From NCBI GenBank assembly GCA_036504735.1, contig DASXUQ010000014.1:31852-95851 (forward strand): DNA of 64,000 bases, given 5' to 3'. Positions 53,402-62,600 of this stretch are shown piece by piece. The notes under the pieces were generated by a model. That model ran no database searches. It saw only the letters and a program-made list of their open reading frames with translations, and was not told the DNA's origin. The first letter of the stretch is position 1. The number at the start of each line of letters is the position of its first letter. The position numbers and the translations under genes were made by a program. Source of the stretch: a bacterium. Lineage in GTDB: Bacteria > Electryoneota > RPQS01.

Positions 53402-55420
53402 CTACTGAAGCCGCACCGGCAGCACCACAAACTGAAGCCCGTGAAACATCAGTCTCCGCTGGAGGCTGAACGGGGTCTCGTTATGCAAAAATCGCGTAAA
53501 GATCGTGTCCCGCCAGAACAGGAGCCGGGCCACAAAGAACACACTGTTCGGATAATCCCGGCCAACCTCAAGGCACAGCCGCTCGATTTCGTTCAAATAG
53601 TCAATCGCCATGCTTGTCCGCGCCACGGCCTTTAGCCCGAAAGAGCGCGCCAGTGTCACATAGCTTTCGGCCTGCTTCTTCACGTCCTTTTCCAGCGCGG
53701 CCAGCTCATCCGTCCCTTTGAAATGGCCCGTATCAATCGCACCCACCGACACAAAAACATATTGCTTGAAGCGTGCGCCGAACAGCCGCTGCACATTCAG
53801 CATGACATGGATGCCCGTGCCGCTGTACTTTTCCACCAGCAGCACCGCGGTCGGCTCCGCCGGATCCAGAGGCTGCGCCGTAATCGGCGCGTCTCCATAG
53901 GACAGGGAGGTCAGAATCTGGTCGATCTTCGCCACCTTGGCCTTCACCGCATGGTAATGGCGTCGAATCAGGAAACAGATGCCCACCACCGTCGCGGTCA
54001 GCACAAGGGTCAGCCAGCCGCCCTTGAAAAACTTGATCGTGATCATAATGGCCAGGAGCATGACGCAGACCACGAAGCCCACGCCGTTCACCATGAATTT
54101 TCCCAGCCATTTCTCATGCGTCTTGCGGCGGCTAAGCCACAGCTTCAGCATCCCGAGCTGCGAAAGCGAGAAGGTGATGAACACGTTGATCGCGTACAGC
54201 GTCACCAGCACCGCAATGCTCGCCTTCGAATACAGGACCAGGAGAATCGCCGCCAGCCCCATCAGCAGTATCCCGTTCTGCGTTACCAGGCGTTCGGACA
54301 GATGGCTGAACCGGTGCGGCATCCACGAATCCTGCGCCATGTTCGCCACCACTCGCGGACCGTCGATAAACCCGGTCTGCGCGGCCACGAACAACAGCAG
54401 CGCCGCCGAAATCAGCATCGTCCACAACACAAACCCGCCGATATGGAACACACCCAGCTTCCACCCGCCCGCAATTTGCGAAAACAGGACCGCGTTCAGC
54501 GTCTTGCCTTCTACCGGCTGGGTGTTGAACAGGTAATAGTTGATGAACAGCATGCCCGCCAGGAAGGCCAGGGACGCCGCCATATACGCCATCGTCCGCT
54601 TGCCCGTCGCCACGCGCGGTTCCCGCAGCACCAGCATGCCGTTGGAAACGGCCTCGATGCCGGTAAATGTTCCCGCACCCATGCTGAACGCGTTCAAGAA
54701 CACGAACAGCATCGCATAGAACCCCGTCCGGTGCAGCACCTCGTGCCCTTCGGCGGATGCCGCCGCGGCGCGCAGCGGAATATCGTGCGCATGCGTGAAC
54801 AGCCCGTAACTGACCACCGCCACGTGCGAGATGACAAAGACCAGGAAGATCGGCAGCAGCACCATCACCGATTCCTTCAGCCCCCGCAGATTCATGAACA
54901 CGAGCAGGAGAATCACCCCGATGGCGAGCAGTAACCGCGCGCTTGTCCCGAAATGGGTCGCGCCCAAACTGAACAGAAAATCCACACCGGAGACCACCGA
55001 CACGGCAATGGTCAGGACATAGTCCACCACCAGCGCCGCCCCGGAGACCACGCCCACGTTGGGATGCAGCAGCTTGGATGCCACCAGGTATCCGCCGCCG
55101 CCCGTGGGAAACTGCTCGATGATCTGCGTATAGCTGGCCGAGATGATCAGCACCGTCGCCGCAATCGCCAGCGCCAGCACCGGTGCCAGAAAGGTCAGCC
55201 CGCCCAGCGCCCGGTACGCCTCTTCCGGACCGTAGTTCGCCGACGTAATTCCGTCTGCGCCCATTCCCACCCACGCGAAGAATGCGATGAGCGAAATATG
55301 CCGGAAGATGTCCGGATCAAACGGGTTACGCCGCGCGCCAAACAGGCGGCGGCGTACCCGTGTGAAAATCGACTGCTCCGTCGGAGTAATCTGCGGCGCA
55401 GCCAAATAAACGTTAGCCAT
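53402..55420 (-). CDS. APC-superfamily amino-acid permease with the same C-terminal domain (paralog 2).
   Basis: 672 aa, about 70-75% identical to paralog 1 over its full length, tail included. Confidence 0.75.
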   Translation of the reverse strand: MANVYLAAPQITPTEQSIFTRVRRRLFGARRNPFDPDIFRHISLIAFFAWVGMGADGITSANYGPEEAYRALGGLTFLAPVLALAIAATVLIISASYTQIIEQFPTGGGGYLVASKLLHPNVGVVSGAALVVDYVLTIAVSVVSGVDFLFSLGATHFGTSARLLLAIGVILLLVFMNLRGLKESVMVLLPIFLVFVISHVAVVSYGLFTHAHDIPLRAAAASAEGHEVLHRTGFYAMLFVFLNAFSMGAGTFTGIEAVSNGMLVLREPRVATGKRTMAYMAASLAFLAGMLFINYYLFNTQPVEGKTLNAVLFSQIAGGWKLGVFHIGGFVLWTMLISAALLLFVAAQTGFIDGPRVVANMAQDSWMPHRFSHLSERLVTQNGILLMGLAAILLVLYSKASIAVLVTLYAINVFITFSLSQLGMLKLWLSRRKTHEKWLGKFMVNGVGFVVCVMLLAIMITIKFFKGGWLTLVLTATVVGICFLIRRHYHAVKAKVAKIDQILTSLSYGDAPITAQPLDPAEPTAVLLVEKYSGTGIHVMLNVQRLFGARFKQYVFVSVGAIDTGHFKGTDELAALEKDVKKQAESYVTLARSFGLKAVARTSMAIDYLNEIERLCLEVGRDYPNSVFFVARLLFWRDTIFTRFLHNETPFSLQRRLMFHGLQFVVLPVRLQ

Positions 55421-55443
55421 ATACCCGGGCCTCTGCCCGGAAA

Positions 55444-56514
55444 TTAACCCTGCTGACCGTTCGGATACAGGATCACCTTCAGGCCTTCGCCCCGAAGCTT
55501 GATCGCAAATCCTTCCTCATACTGCGCGAGGGGGAACTTATGCGTGACGATGCGCTTCGCTGTCTCGAGGAACGGTCCCTGAAGCAGCGAGAGCATCTCC
55601 ACCCATGTCGAAAAAATCTTGCGTCCCGTAATGCCGCGAATCGTCAAACCCTTGAACACGACGTCCTTCGAAAAGCTCACGGGAATTTCGCCCTTGGGCA
55701 GGCCCAGCAGCGACAGTTCGCCGCCGGTGTGCAGACAGTCGAACGCGTCGCGATAGGCCGTGGCATGGCCCGACAGCTCGAAGGCCACATCTACGCCGCG
55801 CTTGGTCGGATCCGACTTGCAGACCGCGACGAATTCCTTGCGCGCCGCCTCATCCTTCACATTAAAGACCGCATCCGCGCCTTCGCGCAGGGCTTCCTGC
55901 AGCAGCGCGTCGAATACATCGGTTACATAAATCTTGCGCGCTCCCATCAGCCGGCACAATGACACCGCCATGATGCCCATCGGGCCCGCGCCCAAAATCG
56001 CCACATCTTTGGCCGCCACGTCCACCGAACGCACGGTATGCACCGCGTTGCCGATGGCGTCCAGATACGCCGCGACTTCCATCGGCAGTTCCGGCGGCAG
56101 TTTGATGACGTTGCTGGCCGGCAGCACCACGAAATCAGCAAAGATTCCGGCGGCGTCGATTCCCCGGACCACCGTATTCAAACACCACTGCCCGTTGCCG
56201 TTGCGGCAGTTGTAACAATGACCGCAGACAATGTGCATCTCTGCCGAGACATAGTCGCCGGCCTTCAGGCCGCGCACGCTCTTGCCGACTTCCTCGATGA
56301 TCCCGCAAAACTCGTGGCCGGTGATCACGGGAAGCTTGTCTTTCATGCGGTTGATAATCTGCGCGTCCGCGCGATAGATGTCCACATCGGTCCCACAGAT
56401 CGCGGTGGCCTTAATGCGGATCAGAACCTCATCCGAATTGAGAAGTTGCGGTACGGGGGCGTCGGTCGTGTAGTTCAGGCCAACCGCCGAAGTTTGTTTC
56501 AGGATCGCTTGCAT
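55444..56514 (-). CDS. tdh: L-threonine 3-dehydrogenase (Zn-dependent MDR family).
   Basis: AICGTDVDIY, GHEFCG, CGHCYNCRNG structural-zinc motif, GAGPMGIMA Rossmann motif. Confidence 0.85.
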   Translation of the reverse strand: MQAILKQTSAVGLNYTTDAPVPQLLNSDEVLIRIKATAICGTDVDIYRADAQIINRMKDKLPVITGHEFCGIIEEVGKSVRGLKAGDYVSAEMHIVCGHCYNCRNGNGQWCLNTVVRGIDAAGIFADFVVLPASNVIKLPPELPMEVAAYLDAIGNAVHTVRSVDVAAKDVAILGAGPMGIMAVSLCRLMGARKIYVTDVFDALLQEALREGADAVFNVKDEAARKEFVAVCKSDPTKRGVDVAFELSGHATAYRDAFDCLHTGGELSLLGLPKGEIPVSFSKDVVFKGLTIRGITGRKIFSTWVEMLSLLQGPFLETAKRIVTHKFPLAQYEEGFAIKLRGEGLKVILYPNGQQG

Positions 56515-56754
56515 AGTGCTATTCCAGAAGGGGGGTGAATCAGTTGCGGAAATTTCCTAAGCCTTAAATTTACCAAATAATAACCAAATAGTCAAGGTCA
56601 TCCGCACCCTGCTGAATCTGCGTCAAACTGTCGCAAATCCCCGCCCGTACTCCGTGTTGCTTCCCGGCAGTGCCGTCTTTTCCAATCCGGCTAAAGATTA
56701 CGTACCCGGAGCCGATATTAAGTACAGGTAAAACTTTTACAGGAACTATTAAAA

Positions 56755-57186
56755 ATGGATATGGACCATTTCTCCTGCCCCAACAAGATCTGCCAGGAGT
56801 TCGGCAAATCCGGCGCAGGAAACATCGCGCTATATACGCGCTACGGGCGTAAGCAGGTCCGCTTGCTGATCTGCAACACATGCGGCAAGACCTTCAGTGA
56901 ACTGAAAGGTACACCCTTCTGGGACAGCCGCTTGGACTGGGATACCATCGAGAAGATCTACCGGACGCTGCTGGAAGGGCAGGGGATTCGTGCCACCGCC
57001 CGCCTGCACAAGCTGTCCAAGAACACCGTGAAGCGCTATTTGCGCCTGGCTAAGAAAGACTTCGGGACCGTTGAACAGTTCCTCGAGGATCGCGGCGTGC
57101 TGATGGGTAACACGGCGCAGCTTCGCGACCTTGTGGACACTCACATCAGCCGCAGCAACGGCCACGTTCACTGGGAAGCCTCCTAA
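56755..57186 (+). mobile_element. IS1/InsA-like (or IS1595-like) zinc-ribbon plus HTH ORF. A solo transposase N-terminal module with no catalytic ORF.
   Basis: CPNKIC...RYGRKQVRLLICNTCGKTFS zinc ribbon, followed by GQGIRATARLHKLSKNTVKRYL HTH (InsA pattern). The next feature downstream is tRNA-Pro. Confidence 0.5.
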
Positions 57187-57296
57187 GACTTAGTTCCATC
57201 ACTTTTCTGTCCCAAACCCTGCCCCCAAAGCAGGGTTTGGCTTTTGTCCTGCCTTGACTCATGTTACAAGGAATGCGTATTTTAGGCTCTTCCTTT

Positions 57297-57372
<76 letters not shown>

Positions 57373-57377
57373 TTGAT

Positions 57378-57406
57378 AAAACAGGAGTTTAGGCTCCTGT
57401 TTTTGC
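57378..57406 (+). terminator. Rho-independent terminator after tRNA-Pro.
   Basis: aaacaggag / ctcctgttt stem, followed by a T-run. Confidence 0.7.
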
Positions 57407-58061
57407 TTTGTCCCTTTATCACCTTGACCGCTGCCGAGCGCCGGGTGCTCCTCAATAGCAGTAACCTGTCTTCAGGGCCGTATTTCTACCGCCTGCAAAT
57501 CCCGATCTTCTTCCAGACCCGCAAAATGCTGCTGGTCCGATAATCTCGCTACAGAGCGCGCCTGAAGGCGAGGACTTCGCGAGGTTCTATGCCTCTGCGA
57601 ATTTAGATCCCCGTCGGCCCCTTCCTGCAGAGGGACAGCACCGGACAGCATTGCTCCCAGCCGCTGACTGAAGAAAACATAGCATAACATATTGTAATAT
57701 TAATATGTAACAATGTGATGTGGATTGAAGGGGATAGTTATCATAGTTGCAATGTGCGCAAAGTCTTGCACACATTCCATAATTGGTCTGATTATCATCA
57801 GCGACAGACATTCTTGGTGTGATCTGCGGCGCATAGAAGATAAATATTGACAGAGACCGATAGGCTGCTATATTATATGTCCAGTAGCACCAGTGGCGAG
57901 CATCGGCGATTTCTAATGATAAGGCTTCGCGTTATGCAGATTCGGATGTACGATGCATCAGGCGGCCGTTAGCTGAACCTAAGCTGCGGGAAAACTTTGG
58001 CGGCGACCGACACGCCGATGAATTGACATGTGGATAAGGAAATCGTGCGGAGGAAGAGACT

Positions 58062-59579
58062 GTGTCCTGTAAGCTTTGTATGGTAATCGTGAAGGCTCTT
58101 CGGAATACTATCCCCAAGTGGGGGCTTCATATATGCCTGCTTGTCAGCGCGGCTTCAGCACAGCCTCCGTCCGTAGTTTGGACGTGGGAACTGTCGGGAC
58201 CTGATGATTATCAGGCATTCGCTGCCGTCGACGTTGACTCTGGAGCGATCGTATTTGCTGGGAGCCGCTCTGCGACGCTTCACGGAGACCGTCAGGTAAT
58301 GATCGGCAAAGTCACCACAAGCGGCGATAGCGCGTGGGTACGGTCTATTGAATCTCTGACCCAAGCTGAGGCGTCCGCTGTCATCAGGTCCTCCGATGGA
58401 TCTCTGATTCTCTGCGGCAGCCGCTTGGATAGCGCGGACAACGGAAACCCTGACGAGTTCATCTGTCAATCTGGCGGCGACGGAGAATTCCGATGGGCAA
58501 CGACGGTGGGTGGACCACAACCAGAAGAGGCGAGATCCATTGCCGCCACTCAGGATGGCGGATACGTAACGTGTGGGCGGCAAATACTTGGGGGATCCGC
58601 CGCGGGACCCAGCATGTATGTGGTGAAAACAGATTCCGTTGGCGACACAACGTGGTCACGCACATATCGCGCGTCTTTGTTGTCGATATCTGAAGGTACC
58701 AGCGTAATTGCGGTGCGAGAGGGCGGATTCGTGGCATTTGGGTTTTCGACACCGGGTAATTTCGACTCGCGCGACTTCTACCTTGTACGACTCACCGAGG
58801 ACGGAGACACGCTGTGGACTCGTACCTACGGTGGATCTGATGTACCGGACGAATCAGCAGCGATTTCGGAGACGGAAGACGGCGGATTCGTCTTAGTGGG
58901 AAATACCTCGGTATCCGGTAGCGCCCTCTGTGCTCCACGGGTTATCAGAATAAGTGCCAACGGAAGTGTAATTTGGGAGAGAGTGTTCTCGCGAAGTTGC
59001 TCGCGCCATCCATGGATCAGTGATGTAATTTCGCGCCCGGAAGGCGGATGGATTATCGCCGGCGGTATCGAATCTGCCTCACAGAACGGAAACGATTATT
59101 TTCTGATGGGCATTAACAACGTCGGTGACTCTTTATGGAGCGCCACATACCCCACGGGGGGGGACGGTACGATCTCCCGCATGCTACACGCTGATGGCGG
59201 TGGGTATGTATTGTGTGGCACTGTGTTGGGCGGAGGGTTCACACGGCATCATGTTCTGATCGTACGTCTCTCGAACGAGAACCTGGCACATCCGTATCCA
59301 TACATTCCTGTCGAATCGGATGTTTTAGCCGTCTATCCGAACCCGTTCAATTCGATGGCAAACGTGATGCTCACTACACGTCGCGCCGGGCTTGTTACAC
59401 TCGATATCTACGACCTCCTCGGACGGTGTGTTGCTCACTTGTATCGCGGACAGGTCGGAGCAGGAACTCATCAATTTCCGTTTTCAGGAGCACCGCTGTC
59501 ATCCGGCACGTACATCTGTCGTGCCTTGGTTCCGGGTCCGGAACATTCCATCGCTCATGCTGTGCTCCTTATCAGGTAA
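58062..59579 (+). CDS. T9SS cargo protein with repeated GG(F/Y/W)V beta-propeller-like units and a C-terminal sorting domain.
   Basis: Signal peptide. Repeats DGGYVTCG, EGGFVAFG, DGGFVLVGN, EGGWIIAGG, GGGYVLCG. C-terminus VYPNPFNSMANVML...YICRAL. Confidence 0.7.
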   Translation: MSCKLCMVIVKALRNTIPKWGLHICLLVSAASAQPPSVVWTWELSGPDDYQAFAAVDVDSGAIVFAGSRSATLHGDRQVMIGKVTTSGDSAWVRSIESLTQAEASAVIRSSDGSLILCGSRLDSADNGNPDEFICQSGGDGEFRWATTVGGPQPEEARSIAATQDGGYVTCGRQILGGSAAGPSMYVVKTDSVGDTTWSRTYRASLLSISEGTSVIAVREGGFVAFGFSTPGNFDSRDFYLVRLTEDGDTLWTRTYGGSDVPDESAAISETEDGGFVLVGNTSVSGSALCAPRVIRISANGSVIWERVFSRSCSRHPWISDVISRPEGGWIIAGGIESASQNGNDYFLMGINNVGDSLWSATYPTGGDGTISRMLHADGGGYVLCGTVLGGGFTRHHVLIVRLSNENLAHPYPYIPVESDVLAVYPNPFNSMANVMLTTRRAGLVTLDIYDLLGRCVAHLYRGQVGAGTHQFPFSGAPLSSGTYICRALVPGPEHSIAHAVLLIR

Positions 59580-59640
59580 TTGCGCAGGCCGTTACGGCCG
59601 AAACCACATCACCTCAAACTCTAAGTGGAGGTAAAAACCC

Positions 59641-62600
59641 ATGAGATCGACTTGTCTCGCTGTGCTGCTCGTTTTTTCAATGCTCCTCTTTCAAGTGAGC
59701 ACGTCCCGAGCCGGTGTGTTGGTCCACGAGACCCGGAGTCTGAATGGCGTATCGGTTGATTACTCGAACAGTAACCCACAAGCCCGACTTCAATCCTATC
59801 GCTCCGCACTGGCGCCAGTCTTCCCGGAACTGGATGTCCAGACGCTGGAGATTCTGGACGAATTCGAGGATCCGACCTTCGGGACCCCCACGGTGCGGCT
59901 GGTGCAGAAATACCGCGGATTGACCGTGCAGGATGCCTTCACCGTGATTGACCTGACCAAAGGACATATGGGAGCGTTTGCGACATCCAATTTCTACAAG
60001 GAAGTTAATCTGCCGGACGCCGGATTTCTGAGCCAGAAAGATGATTCGGTCGCACTGGACCGATTTGCCCGGTCATTTTGGCCGGAGATCGTCGCCGATG
60101 AGCAGGTCTGGGTACTGCCCATCGTGCTCCCTATGGAGACCAGCAATCCGAAAGACTTCCAGTTCCACTATTCCTTGAACATCGCTTCGCGCCAACACGG
60201 CCCGGCGCGCTACTACGATTGGCAGACAGGAACTTTGCTGAAAGAATCGCATCGCGACGCCCATGCGAACTTTCTCTTTGACATCTCCCACGAGGTGTTC
60301 GATCCGACCAATCATAACTACACGCTGGTGGACAACGAAGACTGTCCGGGCATTGGGCGTGCCCATTTGTCCGACATTAACGAAGAAGACTCATGGGATT
60401 GCTATGACGCTGTCAATGGGGAGTGTTCGCTCGATCTGGAGGGCATCTTCCTGCTAAACGTATGCGGGCAGACCGAAGATGTCGGAATCTGGCTTACGGG
60501 TTCGGACACCGAAAACAGCTTCGAGTACTCTGATCCGTGGCAGACGAATGCTTTTACATTTGCTGTGCCCTATGGACATGACAACACTTACTCCTGCGAC
60601 TTTGCGAGCGGATGGCATGGTGCGTGCGAAGATGATCCCGCCGCACTGTACAACCTGAACCATATCGCCCGTTTCATGCGAGACCACTTTGGGGCTCCAC
60701 GGTTTACCAATGCTGTCACAACCCAGGACCAACTGACCGGAGGATCTACAAACTCCAATGTCCCCGCCTGGGCAAGCCGTGAAGCCGGTCACAACGTCAT
60801 CATGTTTGGCTTCGATGCGAACATTGATATCCCCGGCGCGACCACGTCTAAAAGCAAAGATGTCGCGGATCACGAATACGGGCATTGCTTTGAATTCACA
60901 TGCGGATATGGCGATCACGGAGGCGGCATGGAGCATGAAGCTCTGAGGGAGGGTGTGGCCGACTTCATCTCCGCTTCCTTTGCCAACAACCATGTTATCC
61001 AAAGGGATGCCTGGTCCAACGGGCGTTATATCTACGGCTACCCCGAACGTTATTGCTATCCCAATATGGATCAACTGGAGTACGAAGAACACGAGAGAGG
61101 CATTATTATCAGCAGTGCTTTGTGGAAGATGCGGGAAAACATTGCGGCGTACGGGCAAGTGCCTCAAGGACTCGATGCCGGGACATATTCGCTTCTGCTA
61201 TTGTGCAACGCTCTGCAACATCAGCCGCCGGGCTTCGCCGGAATAGCGGAGCAGATTCTGCTGCATGACGACAACATTATGGGGGATAACGTCATTGGCA
61301 ATGGAAGCCCGAACGGTCAAGCTATCTACGATGCATTCGTCATGGAGTATATGATTCCGGTCGGGATGGGAATCAATGATCCATTCCACTTCTACCTCGG
61401 AGGCTTCAACTACTGCGATTGTGACGAGGGCTCCGCGGCTGATTGTTTTCCGCGTGTCCACAGTTGGGACGCGACGACACCATCTAGCAGTCCGAACACG
61501 GGGGGCACAGGTTTTGACATGGCCTACGTGGATAACGGAGCCGTCTATTATCGGTGGGGAATTCCCGATGCGGAACACGTGCAAGACATGTTGTCTATGC
61601 CTCATAGACTGTCCTTCGGCTATTGGGGGCAATCCGCCTCTAAAGCGAGCATATCATCCTCCGGTCAATACGTTGTCTGGGACGAGCATTATTCAGGCAT
61701 AGACTCATACACGCATTCGCATCCGTGTGGCAGACGGATTACGACAGATTGGGGTATAACGGACTTTGATCCACTGCCCTCGTTCTGGATCACTCCGGAC
61801 AATACGCATCCAGTGAACAGTGACCCTATCGCCGGTCCAATCATGATTGATCAACTGGCGACACCGACCATGTTCTTCGGCGTAGCGAATAGCGATCATC
61901 CGGTCCAGGAGAATGGGGTATGGTACCAGCGGTTCAATGCTACCGACCTAACGATGGTCGGAACTCCTATCCGTGTCAGCGGCCCGGGAACGTCCGGGGT
62001 CACGTCCTTGTCAGTCTGCGCCGGCACCGAAACGCATCCGACGGTCTGGGTTGCCTGGATCGAAGGCGGACGCGTGTATTGCACCTACGGCCGCACGGGT
62101 GCGGACGGAGCGATCACAAGCTGGCGGGCCACTCCCTACACGTTAGGCGAAGCCAACCGGAACCCGAGCAACGTGTGCGTGGCATTCTCTCCCGAAGTCG
62201 GAGGAATATTTGTCACTTGGGAAGAAGGACCGGCGGGTCACCCGGAGACTCGCAGTGTTGCCATCGAGAAGGGATACGCCGTGGGATATCCGCCGGACTA
62301 TCAGTTCGTTGCGGATGACATCCAATACCTGAATGCGTCGCCGTGGTGGTCCATACGAAATCCAGTCGTGGCGTCCACCAATTACTGGTATACCAGTTTC
62401 AATCCCGTCAACATGGCCTTTGAATGGAATATGCACCTGCCGATTCCGCAGGGGTGGTGGGGGTACCTGTGGTTGGACATCGATGTCATTTGCGGGCTTC
62501 AGCTGGCGGTCAATGAAGATCATGTTTCCGACCCGAACGATTGGGAATGGTCCATTCCGATTTTCGCCGGACTCGGCCGATCCCCCAACCTCTACTCACC

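Noticed and set aside
51327-55274. Long plus-strand ORFs (615 and 403 aa) and a 380-aa alternate-frame minus-strand ORF across the APC permease genes.
   Set aside because: They are His/Arg/Gln-rich low-complexity translations. The permease frames show a 12-TM hydropathy pattern and are conserved between the two paralogs.
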